Assembly (NCBI GenBank): GCA_905214315.1
Contig: CAJMLN010000002.1
Coordinates: 9,907-73,906, forward strand
Length of the DNA: 64,000 nt
From: an uncultured bacterium
Lineage (GTDB): Bacteria; Bacillota; Clostridia; Christensenellales; QALW01
Direction: 5' to 3'
How positions within the stretch are numbered: position 1 is the first letter of the stretch; the number at the start of each line of letters is the position of its first letter. Shown piece by piece: positions 18,799 through 27,053 of this stretch. A program made the position numbers and the translations under genes. The notes beneath the pieces are model-generated. The model was not told the origin of the DNA. It saw only the letters and a program-made list of their open reading frames with translations, and ran no database searches.

Positions 18799-20292
18799 TT
18801 ATTGGTTCATTTTTCTTTTGTTTGTACGGGTTATTATCAAGCAAGCGCCTGATGCAATGAGCAAAGCAGCCCACAGAAACATAGAAGCATTATCCCCTGT
18901 TTCAGAGGCGGCAGCCTTAACAGGAATATCCTCACCCTTTGCGATTTCATATCCGCAAACCGCACAAACCGTATCACCGGTATAGCCCTTTTCGGTAGCG
19001 GTGGCTTCTTTTGTATTTATAACTTTGGGCGTATGGGCGAGCTTTTCTCCGTAAGCCACATTGCAAACCTCGCAAATTGCTTTTTCCCTGCAAGTGGCCT
19101 GACCGCCGGAATGTTTTTCTTGCGGTATGTTGCCGGTATCAACGGTCATCACATTATTGGCTTTGCAGGGGATCATAATCGTACCATTATTAACAATTGC
19201 GGTATTGTCCTCTCTTGTAATCGTTACGCCTTCAGCAAGCGTAAGTGTAACCCCCTCCGGAACAGTAAGTGTTCTTCCCTCGGTAACTGTCCAGTCAGTG
19301 GTCAGTGTGTAATCTGTAACAAAGGATACCTCTGTATTTTTGGCATTAATAAACCCCTGTATATCTGCATTGGCGTCCAAATCCACGGTAATGTTCCCGT
19401 TTGCAGTTCTGACTAACTGACGGTTGCTCTCAGCAAGAATCTTTACATTTCCCTTTAACGCAGCATCACCGGTAACATAGATGCCTGCCGGAGACTGCAC
19501 ATTGATGGTAGAATCTTTTATGTACAAAGTAGCGGCACTTGCAGGATTGTTGCCAACGTAAGTACCCCATCCTTCGCCCTTCAAAGTAACGCTGCTGTTG
19601 ACAATTTTCATATGATTGCTGGTTTTATTATAACCAACAGAGCTTAAACCGTAGGTAGCTCCCCCATCAATTGTGACGGTACTGTCATATATTTCAATAT
19701 TGCCATTCACATATACGGGATCCCAAAGGCCGGAATTGCCTCCGGGGATTTTTAAATCCACAACCGCGCCGTTTTTTACAATGAAATCATCATCGCAAAC
19801 AATACCGTTTGCATTGTCGCCTATCAAGGTAATTCCATCCACATAAATACTCTTATGAATACTGCCATCGGACATGATATTGCAATCTTTAACAGAAAGA
19901 CTGCCTCCGCCGGACAAGGTAAGCGAAACCTCATAGGCATTTTCCCAGCCGGAAGTAAAACCTTGCTGATAATTGGAAATCGTGTTTGTTCCCAATACAA
20001 CGATGCTGCTGTCCTTGTCAGTGGGAAGTACAATACCTTTGCCTGTTCCATCTCCGGAAATGGACATATTGTTAAGTGTCAAAGTATTGGTAGCGGGGTT
20101 ATAGGTGACTGTTGCGGAATCGCCGTCAGCGGTTCCCAGCACATCATTCTTATTTTCTTCGGTAACCTGAATACCATCTACCCAAACAGAATACAATGTG
20201 TTTGTTTCGGCTAAAGCCACGGTGGAAAGGACGCCAATCGCCATAGCCACACATACTATAACAACGAGTAATTTTGATACGGATGTCTTCAT
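18799..20292 (-). CDS. Beta-helix cell-surface protein with CxxCG stalk motifs and a TGD-TM-basic C-terminus
   Basis: 497 aa. Signal peptide (VLSTVALA-ET). Gly/Asn/Thr/Val-rich repetitive body typical of right-handed beta-helix adhesins. C-terminus has TEKGYTGDTVCAVCG, then TGDNASMFLWAALLIASGACLIITRTNKRKMNQ. Confidence 0.75.
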   Translation of the reverse strand: MKTSVSKLLVVIVCVAMAIGVLSTVALAETNTLYSVWVDGIQVTEENKNDVLGTADGDSATVTYNPATNTLTLNNMSISGDGTGKGIVLPTDKDSSIVVLGTNTISNYQQGFTSGWENAYEVSLTLSGGGSLSVKDCNIMSDGSIHKSIYVDGITLIGDNANGIVCDDDFIVKNGAVVDLKIPGGNSGLWDPVYVNGNIEIYDSTVTIDGGATYGLSSVGYNKTSNHMKIVNSSVTLKGEGWGTYVGNNPASAATLYIKDSTINVQSPAGIYVTGDAALKGNVKILAESNRQLVRTANGNITVDLDANADIQGFINAKNTEVSFVTDYTLTTDWTVTEGRTLTVPEGVTLTLAEGVTITREDNTAIVNNGTIMIPCKANNVMTVDTGNIPQEKHSGGQATCREKAICEVCNVAYGEKLAHTPKVINTKEATATEKGYTGDTVCAVCGYEIAKGEDIPVKAAASETGDNASMFLWAALLIASGACLIITRTNKRKMNQ

Positions 20293-20376
20293 ACAACAAG
20301 GTCTCCTTCATTATGCTGCTAACTGGAAGAATGTCAAAGCTGTGCTTGCGGGTTTCTCCGAAAATTAGCTTTAGAA

Positions 20377-20405
20377 AGTATACCATATTGAATTGCAAAA
20401 AGCAA
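20377..20405 (-). promoter_or_regulatory. Candidate promoter of the 18799-20292 gene
   Basis: Minus strand: TTGCTT, 17 nt, TGgTATACT. The -35 lies inside an 11-bp inverted repeat (20391-20420). Confidence 0.4.
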
Positions 20406-20518
20406 TATTTTTTTGCAATTTTATGTTTCCGCACTGATGGCCAAAGGGAGAAGCCGGTTTCTTATGCGGGAGTGTATTATTGCAGGAACGGTGTTTTTTC
20501 TGCGGGGAGGGCGTCTGC

Positions 20519-21691
20519 TTATCTGCGCACGCAGCCGGTTTTTTTGGCGGCTTCGGCCACGGCGCTTGCTACGGAAGCCGCCACGGATTTATCCAGAGCG
20601 CTGGGGATGATATAGTCACGGCTCAGCTCGTCTTCGGGAATATGCGCGGCAATGGCAAAGGCGGCGGCCATTTTCATTTCCTCATTGATATCCGTAGCCT
20701 GGGCGTCCAGCGCGCCCCGGAAAATACCGGGGAAGGCCAGTACGTTATTGATTTGGTTGGGAAAATCGCTCCGGCCGGTGCCCACGATAAAGGCCCCGGC
20801 TTCTATTGCCTTATCAGGCATGATTTCCGGTATGGGGTTAGCCATGGGAAAGAGGATCGGCTTTGGGGCCATTTGGGCGATCATTGCGCCGGTTATCAGG
20901 TTCGGTGCGGAAACGCCGATGAATACGTCGGCCCCGGCCATAGCGTCTGCCAGCAGGCCGCGGCGGTTCTGTGCGTTTGTTTTTTGCGCCATCTCTTTTT
21001 GGGCGGGATTCATATCCTCCTTGCCGCGGAAGAGAATACCGGTTTTATCGCATAGGATTAAATCCCTGACGCCCAGGGCCAGAATCATGTTTGCAATGGC
21101 GATCCCGGCGCTGCCGGCGCCGTTGATGACCACCGTCAAGTCCTTCAGCGCTTTTTCCGCTACTTTAGCGGCGTTGATCAGCGCGGCGGAAACGACGACG
21201 GCAGTACCGTGCTGGTCGTCATGAAACACGGGAATATCGCATTTTTCCTTCAGGCGGCGTTCGATTTCAAAGCAGCGCGGTGCGGAGATGTCCTCTAAAT
21301 TGATTCCCCCGAAGCTGCCGGAGATCAGCTCTATTGTGCGTATCAGCTCGTCGGTATCTTTGCTCTTGATGCACAGCGGAATCGCGTCCACGTCGGCAAA
21401 GGCTTTAAACAGCGCGCATTTTCCCTCCATCACCGGCATTCCTGCCTCCGGGCCGATATCACCCAGGCCCAGCACTGCGGTGCCGTCAGTGATAACTGCC
21501 ACTAAATTGGAGCGGCGTGTCAGCGCAAAGCTCTTTTCCGGGTTTTTTTGAATTTCCAGGCAGGGCGCCGCCACGCCCGGCGTATAAGCCAGGGAAAGAT
21601 CTTCGCGGCTGCTGACCGGCACGCGGCAGACAACCTCGATTTTTCCTTTCCATTCATAATGCTTTTTCAGCGATTCTTCGGCGTAATTCAT
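20519..21691 (-). CDS. NAD(P)-dependent malic enzyme (oxaloacetate-decarboxylating malate dehydrogenase)
   Basis: About 390 aa from MNYAEESLKKHYEWKGKIEV...LSLAYTPGVA. Rossmann motif VVINGAGSAGIAIA. SD AGAGGGG precedes the ATG at 21691. The track ORF is extended by 60 upstream codons. Confidence 0.9.
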   Translation of the reverse strand: MNYAEESLKKHYEWKGKIEVVCRVPVSSREDLSLAYTPGVAAPCLEIQKNPEKSFALTRRSNLVAVITDGTAVLGLGDIGPEAGMPVMEGKCALFKAFADVDAIPLCIKSKDTDELIRTIELISGSFGGINLEDISAPRCFEIERRLKEKCDIPVFHDDQHGTAVVVSAALINAAKVAEKALKDLTVVINGAGSAGIAIANMILALGVRDLILCDKTGILFRGKEDMNPAQKEMAQKTNAQNRRGLLADAMAGADVFIGVSAPNLITGAMIAQMAPKPILFPMANPIPEIMPDKAIEAGAFIVGTGRSDFPNQINNVLAFPGIFRGALDAQATDINEEMKMAAAFAIAAHIPEDELSRDYIIPSALDKSVAASVASAVAEAAKKTGCVRR

Positions 21692-22018
21692 AGGATCCCC
21701 TCTTTTCGTTTTTAATATTATATAGCGATTGGTTTTTGTGGTCAATCGGATTCCGGCGGCGGACTCGTGTGCGGGAGAAAGGAGAAGAAAAAAGAGCACT
21801 GTCAATTTCCAGAAGAAACATTGACAGCGCATAGGCGTCAAAATATAGTCAAAAATTAATAAATTTTCCAAAAGTTCATATAAATTTTTCCATTTTTTAT
21901 AGAAAAGGGGTTGAAAAAAGAAAAAAGAGCATGTATAATAATGTAAAAGCAGTAAAGAAACGCCTGATGTTGTTGATTTGGTTTTTGCTTAAACATTCTT
22001 TGAAAGGAGGGAAAGCAT

Positions 22019-22231
22019 ATGTTGTTATCATCTCCAGCGATGTTGATGCTGGCAATTATGGCGAATGAAAACAGAAATACAAAGAACGACAGAGCAGAAG
22101 TTATTTTTCCAAAAAAATATGAACAGCTGCGCGAAAGCGTGGGCGAAGAACTGGAATCCTGGGGATATATCAAGGATTTCAGCCTGCACGGCGAAAACGG
22201 ATTTTCCTGTACGCTTTTAAAAAAGATATAA
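22019..22231 (+). CDS. Hypothetical small protein (70 aa)
   Basis: Strong SD AAAGGAGGG 8 nt before the ATG, and a very strong terminator 30 nt after the stop. I recognised no family. Confidence 0.55.
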   Translation: MLLSSPAMLMLAIMANENRNTKNDRAEVIFPKKYEQLRESVGEELESWGYIKDFSLHGENGFSCTLLKKI

Positions 22232-22260
22232 TTCTTTGTTTTTTGAGACAATTTTGAATA

Positions 22261-22304
22261 AGAACGCGGGGCACAGCGGTCGGGCTGTGCCCCGCGTTCT
22301 TTTG
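22261..22304 (+). terminator. Rho-independent terminator
   Basis: 17-bp perfect stem AGAACGCGGGGCACAGC / GCTGTGCCCCGCGTTCT with a 6-nt loop, followed by TTTT. Confidence 0.85.
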
Positions 22305-22433
22305 GCCGGCCGAAAGACTGCTGCCTGAAAATTTCCTGTGCGGCGCGCCGGAAAATCATAAAAAATACGGCCTGTCATTCAGAACCAAACTCCTTTGGCA
22401 GGCATAGTATAAATACAAAGGAGTGATAAAAGA

Positions 22434-23045
22434 ATGCTTACACGTCAATTTGATTACATAGTGCGGCCCGGCGATACGCTTTTCGGCATCGCGCTGAAAT
22501 TTAATGTTCCCCTGGAGACCCTGAAGAATGTGAACCGCCTGCCGGATCCGGACAGGATAGAGCCGGGGCAGGTTATTCAAGTGCCGGTCAGTGAGGAATT
22601 TTACCAAATCGCCCGCCTGGTGGAGGAGCAGTGCGGCCTCGCGCAGCCTTCAGACGCAGCGGCGGATGTGACAGCGGCTTCCGCCGCAGTAGAAACTGCC
22701 GCCCAGTGCGACTGCGACGAGCAGCCGCCGGCTGTTTTTTACCGGCGCCATCGGGTCCGCCGGGGCGATACGGTGTATCTTCTGGCTAAGGAATACGGCA
22801 CCACCACCGGAAATATTTTAAGCCTGAACCCGCAGATCACAGACGTCAGGAATTTGCAGATCGGCTCGGTTATCACCATACCCGTGCCGCCGGAGAATTC
22901 CTATATTTACGTGGTGCGGCCGGGGGATACGCTTTACAGCATTGCCCGGAGTCAGGGCGTTACCGTGGAGGATATTATGCGCTACAATTATATTGAAAGC
23001 GATTATACCGTATTCCCCGGGCAGCAGCTGCTGATTGTAAAATAA
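22434..23045 (+). CDS. Triple-LysM-domain protein without signal peptide (SafA-like spore-coat candidate)
   Basis: Three LysM units: YIVRPGDTLFGIALKF..., HRVRRGDTVYLLAKEY..., YVVRPGDTLYSIARSQ.... There is no N-terminal hydrophobic segment. Confidence 0.8.
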   Translation: MLTRQFDYIVRPGDTLFGIALKFNVPLETLKNVNRLPDPDRIEPGQVIQVPVSEEFYQIARLVEEQCGLAQPSDAAADVTAASAAVETAAQCDCDEQPPAVFYRRHRVRRGDTVYLLAKEYGTTTGNILSLNPQITDVRNLQIGSVITIPVPPENSYIYVVRPGDTLYSIARSQGVTVEDIMRYNYIESDYTVFPGQQLLIVK

Positions 23046-23051
23046 AATCTG

Positions 23052-23098
23052 CATAAAAAAAGGCCGCGGCATATTCGCCGCGGTCTGTTTTTTTGTGC
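23052..23098. terminator. Bidirectional terminator between the LysM gene and rpmE
   Basis: GGCCGCGGC-atattc-GCCGCGGTC hairpin at 23062-23085, flanked by A7 (left) and TGTTTTTTT (right). Confidence 0.75.
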
Positions 23099-23100
23099 GA

Positions 23101-23298
23101 TTAAAGCCCGTATCTCTTTTTGAACTTGTCAACACGGCCGGCTGAGTCAACCAGCTTCTGCTTTCCTGTATAGAAAGGATGGCATTTTGAGCAAATTTCA
23201 ACGGAAAGAGAATCCTTAACGGAACCTGTTTCAAAGGTCTCGCCGCAGGCGCACTTTACTGTTACCTTTTTGTAATCCGGATGGATACCCTGTTTCAC
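23101..23298 (-). CDS. rpmE: 50S ribosomal protein L31 (Zn-ribbon form)
   Basis: [26 protein letters not shown]...[16 protein letters not shown] start with GAGGTG 7 nt upstream. Confidence 0.95.
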   Translation of the reverse strand: MKQGIHPDYKKVTVKCACGETFETGSVKDSLSVEICSKCHPFYTGKQKLVDSAGRVDKFKKRYGL

Positions 23299-23353
23299 TT
23301 GCGTTCACCTCGTTTTTTACGGAACCGGAATCCCTGTATTAAAAGCAGAAAGT

Positions 23354-23382
23354 ATTATACCTTTAAAAAAGCGGGCTGTCAA
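23354..23382 (-). promoter_or_regulatory. Consensus sigma-A promoter of rpmE
   Basis: Minus strand: TTGACA, 17 nt, TATAAT (perfect hexamers), about 55 nt upstream of the rpmE start. Confidence 0.6.
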
Positions 23383-23390
23383 TGATTTTT

Positions 23391-24875
23391 TTAAAGGAAG
23401 AAGCACTCTGTATCGATTTTACCGTAATAGGTGCGGTTTTTGCCCGCCCAGCAGGTATAGCGCACCGATTCGGAACAAAAATACAGGCTGTTGCCCACGG
23501 GCTTGATGCCCATGTATGCCTCAATGGCCGCGTACAGGTTGCTGGTGGAATAGGTTTCCACATCCAGGGTACTGTTGGCAGTGGAGAATTGGTTGGGGGA
23601 GAAGATGATCTCCCGAACCGAGGCCCCCGTACGCTGCACGCGGTTCATAATAACGCTGCCTACGGCCAGCTGACATTTATACGAACGGCCGCCGACCTCG
23701 CGTTTAATGATTTTCGCCATTAGCTTTACTTCGTTCATCTGCGCTTCGGAGAGCGTTTCCATGGCTTGGTTGATCAGGCTCATATTGGCCGAATTATAGC
23801 CGCTTGCCACCGAGGATGAGCCTGTATTCTTTGCCGAGAGCGCCGCGGTGATTTTGGACTGCGTTTTGCTGCCCACAATGCCGTCGGCGGAAAGGGAATT
23901 GGCCTTCTGGAAAGCGATGACCGCGTTTTTTGTGGCAGTATCAAAGCTGCCCGACGCGCTGCCGGAATAATAGCCTAATTTTTTCAGGTTGTTCTGCAGG
24001 GTTTTAACGGCCGAGCCGGAATCGCCGTAGCGCAGCGTGCCGGGCTTGGCGATGGATTCAGCCGTGCCGGATGCGGAGGAATCCGCCGTACCGGAGGCGC
24101 TGGTCTTGGCCGAAGCGGAATTCAGCGCTGCGATGGTCAGCTCGGCTACGGTGCCGGTTTGGCTGATGCGGTTGTTCTTTTGAAAGCTTTTTACCGCCGC
24201 CACCGTGATAGACCCGTAATAGCCGGTTACATGCTTGCTTTGCAGATATCCCAGCTCATACAGCCGCTGCTGCAGAGCCTTTACGCCGGCGTCCTCGTCG
24301 CCGCTGCGGTATACGCGCGAAGCGTCTATTTTGGTAATATTGAGCAGGGAATTGATTTTTTCAATCGTCAGCTTGGCGGCCACGCCGGTCTGGCTGATGC
24401 CGTTATCCTTCTGGAAGCTCTTTACCGCTTCTTCAGTAAGGGGACCGAAATACCCGGTTACGTGTTCTTCTTTTAAATAGCCCATTTCAAACAGCGCCTG
24501 CTGCAGGGCCTTTACGCCGCTGTTTTCGTCGCCGCTGCGGTAAACTTTTTCCGCGTCCAGCTTCTCCGGCTGCAGGAACATGGCCTCAACCGTCAGCTCC
24601 GCTACCATACCCGTTTGTGAAATGCCGTTGGCCTTCTGATACGCCTTTACGGCGTCCTCGGTGTTGGGTCCGAAAAACCCGGTGACGTACTTTTCTTCCA
24701 AAAATCCGCCGTCAGCCAGAGCCGCCTGCACCTCAATCACTTCCGCGCCCTTGCTGCCCAGCTTTAATACCGATGTGGGTACCGCAAGAACGGAAAGCAC
24801 GGTGACCGGCAGGATTGCCGCAAGCACCAGTATCGTATGTAAAATAAGCTTTTGTGCTCGTTTTAAATCGATCAT
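23391..24875 (-). CDS. Cell-wall hydrolase (SleB/CwlJ Hydrolase_2 family) with four PG_binding_1 repeats
   Basis: N-terminal TM/signal segment. Four copies of the unit G..V..LQ..L...GY......TG.FG..T..AVK.FQK.NGISQTG. The C-terminus (IIKREVGG...AVGSVIMNRV...FSPNQFS) resembles SleB. Confidence 0.8.
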   Translation of the reverse strand: MIDLKRAQKLILHTILVLAAILPVTVLSVLAVPTSVLKLGSKGAEVIEVQAALADGGFLEEKYVTGFFGPNTEDAVKAYQKANGISQTGMVAELTVEAMFLQPEKLDAEKVYRSGDENSGVKALQQALFEMGYLKEEHVTGYFGPLTEEAVKSFQKDNGISQTGVAAKLTIEKINSLLNITKIDASRVYRSGDEDAGVKALQQRLYELGYLQSKHVTGYYGSITVAAVKSFQKNNRISQTGTVAELTIAALNSASAKTSASGTADSSASGTAESIAKPGTLRYGDSGSAVKTLQNNLKKLGYYSGSASGSFDTATKNAVIAFQKANSLSADGIVGSKTQSKITAALSAKNTGSSSVASGYNSANMSLINQAMETLSEAQMNEVKLMAKIIKREVGGRSYKCQLAVGSVIMNRVQRTGASVREIIFSPNQFSTANSTLDVETYSTSNLYAAIEAYMGIKPVGNSLYFCSESVRYTCWAGKNRTYYGKIDTECFFL

Positions 24876-25147
24876 ATTTTACCTCCTTCTGCCAGGTTAC
24901 AAAGCAATTATATCATGTTTGAATTAGAAATGCAACACTTTTGTAACAATTGGACCGGGCGCGGCAAAACCAACACCTCTTATATAGGTATATGCCGCAG
25001 GAAATGTTTTATGATACCCCCAATATCTGGTAGAAAAAATTTTTTGATTTTTTATCTGCACGGCGTGCCGTTTTTCTGCAAAACAGAAATCGTTCCCGGA
25101 AAAGAACAATACACCGCGGACATTTTCTTCCGCAAAAAAATAACTGT

Positions 25148-25175
25148 TTGCAAAAAGGCTATTTTATAATATAAT
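25148..25175 (+). promoter_or_regulatory. Candidate promoter of the 25209-26792 gene
   Basis: TTGCAA, 16 nt, TATAAT, about 35 nt before the SD AGGAGG and ATG. Confidence 0.45.
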
Positions 25176-25208
25176 ACAGTTTAAGCTTTTAAACAGGAGG
25201 ATCATAGT

Positions 25209-26792
25209 ATGAAGACAAAGACAAAATGGCTTTGCCTGCTTTTAACCGTATGCATGGCGGTATCAGGGCTGCTGCTTTCGGTACAGGCGGTGCCGGAAGC
25301 TGAGGTGCGCTACAGCAGGGACGGCGGCGCTACCTGGACAAACAGCACGCTGACCGATGCAATTTGGAATAACCTGATGCAGGATAACGTAATCATTGAG
25401 CTGCTTAAGAATGTAACGCTTGACGATGGCTATGGAATGACCTGCGGCGGCCCGAACAAAACGCTGACGATTGACGGCAAGGGCTTTACCGTTAAGCGCG
25501 GGGAAAATACCTCCGTTTTTTATACGATCGATCAGGCGGGCGCTACCGTTATTTTAAAAGACATTACCTTTGACGGCGGCGCGGTTTGGAACGGAGAGGA
25601 TCCCGCTTCGCGTACCGATGCCACCGGTGCCCTGGGGGGCAACTGTTACTTTTTCACTGTTTCCGGCGGCGCCTCTCTGATTCTGGAGGACGGAGCGGTC
25701 CTTCAAAACAATAACCTGGGCAATGCTTTTTATGGTGCGGCCGTCAATCTGGATGCCGGCGGCAAGCTGACGATGAAGCCCGGCGCGGCGATTTGCAACA
25801 ACGCGGCGCAGACGGGGGGAGCCGTATGCCTTGACGCGGGCGCGTCCTTTTTGATGGAGGGCGGCAGTATTTCCGGAAATTACGCCTATAACGGCGGCGG
25901 CGCAGTTTTTGCCGGGGGAAGCTTTACAATGAAGAACGGCGAGATCTGCGGCAACGCTTCGGGCAATAACGGCGGCGGCGTATGCGTATCCGGCGGCAGC
26001 TTTACCCTTGAAAACGGAAAAATCCATGAGAACAAAAGCAATGTGGGCGGCGGCGGTGTAACGCTTCTGTCCCAGGGCTCGTCCGCGCTGCTGCAGGGCG
26101 GCGAAATTTCCGGCAATACGATCGACGGCACGATGGGCGGCGGTATTTTGGTGAATAACGGCACCCTTTCGGTGAAAGGTACGGCGGTGGTAAGCGGAAA
26201 TAAGGCAAAAGAGAATGCCGTCAGCAATATTTATTTAGGGGAGGGCAAAACCATTACGGTTGCCGGTGTCCTCGAAGACGGCGCGCAGATGGGGATTACC
26301 ATGAAAACGCCGGGTGTCTTTACCGCCGGCTGGAGTGCCTACCAGGCGGAGACAGTGAAGCTTTCGGATTTTTTCAGCAGTGATAACAGCACGTACGGAG
26401 TTTGGAAGACCGCCGAGGGTGAAGCGGCTTTGCATGAGCATCAAACAGAGCTGCGCAATGATCGAAAGGAAACCTGCGGGGCGGACGGCTATACCGGGGA
26501 TGCGGTATGCACCCTGTGCGGAGAGGTTATAACGTCCGGCAGCAAAATCCCCGCCGCGGGGGCGCACAGCTTTGGCCAGTGGCAAACGGTAAAAGAAGCT
26601 ACGGCAGCAGAAGCAGGCCTTCAGGAGCGCGTTTGTTCGGTATGCGGTGCCAAAGAGACGGCGGAAATTCCGCAGAAGGCAGACAGCACGCAGTCCGGCG
26701 ATGTCGGCTCTGTGTGGATGCTGGCAGTACTTGGCGGCAGCGTTCTTCTGGCGGGCGCGCTTGCAGGGCGCAAAAGAAAAAGGGCGCTGTAA
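25209..26792 (+). CDS. Beta-helix (Pmp-like GGx repeat) surface protein with CxxCG motifs and an SGD-TM-basic C-terminus
   Basis: 527 aa with a signal peptide (LLLSVQA-VP). Repeats NGGGAVFAGGSFTMKNGEICGN / NGGGVCVSGGSFTLENGKIHEN / GGGGVTLL. C-terminus has GYTGDAVCTLCG and RVCSVCG, then SGDVGSVWMLAVLGGSVLLAGALAGRKRKRAL. Confidence 0.8.
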   Translation: MKTKTKWLCLLLTVCMAVSGLLLSVQAVPEAEVRYSRDGGATWTNSTLTDAIWNNLMQDNVIIELLKNVTLDDGYGMTCGGPNKTLTIDGKGFTVKRGENTSVFYTIDQAGATVILKDITFDGGAVWNGEDPASRTDATGALGGNCYFFTVSGGASLILEDGAVLQNNNLGNAFYGAAVNLDAGGKLTMKPGAAICNNAAQTGGAVCLDAGASFLMEGGSISGNYAYNGGGAVFAGGSFTMKNGEICGNASGNNGGGVCVSGGSFTLENGKIHENKSNVGGGGVTLLSQGSSALLQGGEISGNTIDGTMGGGILVNNGTLSVKGTAVVSGNKAKENAVSNIYLGEGKTITVAGVLEDGAQMGITMKTPGVFTAGWSAYQAETVKLSDFFSSDNSTYGVWKTAEGEAALHEHQTELRNDRKETCGADGYTGDAVCTLCGEVITSGSKIPAAGAHSFGQWQTVKEATAAEAGLQERVCSVCGAKETAEIPQKADSTQSGDVGSVWMLAVLGGSVLLAGALAGRKRKRAL

Positions 26793-26818
26793 ACAAATTT
26801 AACTTTTTTAAATATCAG

Positions 26819-26853
26819 TAAGGGGAAGGGCGAATTTGTCCTTCCCCTTTTGA
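26819..26853 (+). terminator. Rho-independent terminator
   Basis: AGGGGAAGG-N10-CCTTCCCCT hairpin at 26821-26848, followed by TTTT. Confidence 0.75.
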
Positions 26854-27053
26854 ACCGTATTTTTGTTTGGCGGGGTGATAGAAAACCCTTTTATTTTTAC
26901 GTTATTTTTGATATAATACTGATAAGTTTTATATTTTTACAAGAGGGCCTGACCGGAAAAATATGCAGCGGTCCTCCGGCGGAAGCCATATCGGGCACCG
27001 CGGGGACGTGTACCGGTACGCCTCAAAACCATAACAGAAAAGGAACGACGAAA

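Noticed and set aside
21692-21871. Upstream in-frame extensions of track ORFs (here the malic enzyme; likewise 26850-27053, 52271-52471, 33616-33708, 18328-18393 and 10235-10303)
   Set aside because: The extensions lack an SD and read through promoter or terminator DNA. Conserved protein N-termini with good SDs start at the internal Met, so I trimmed the calls.
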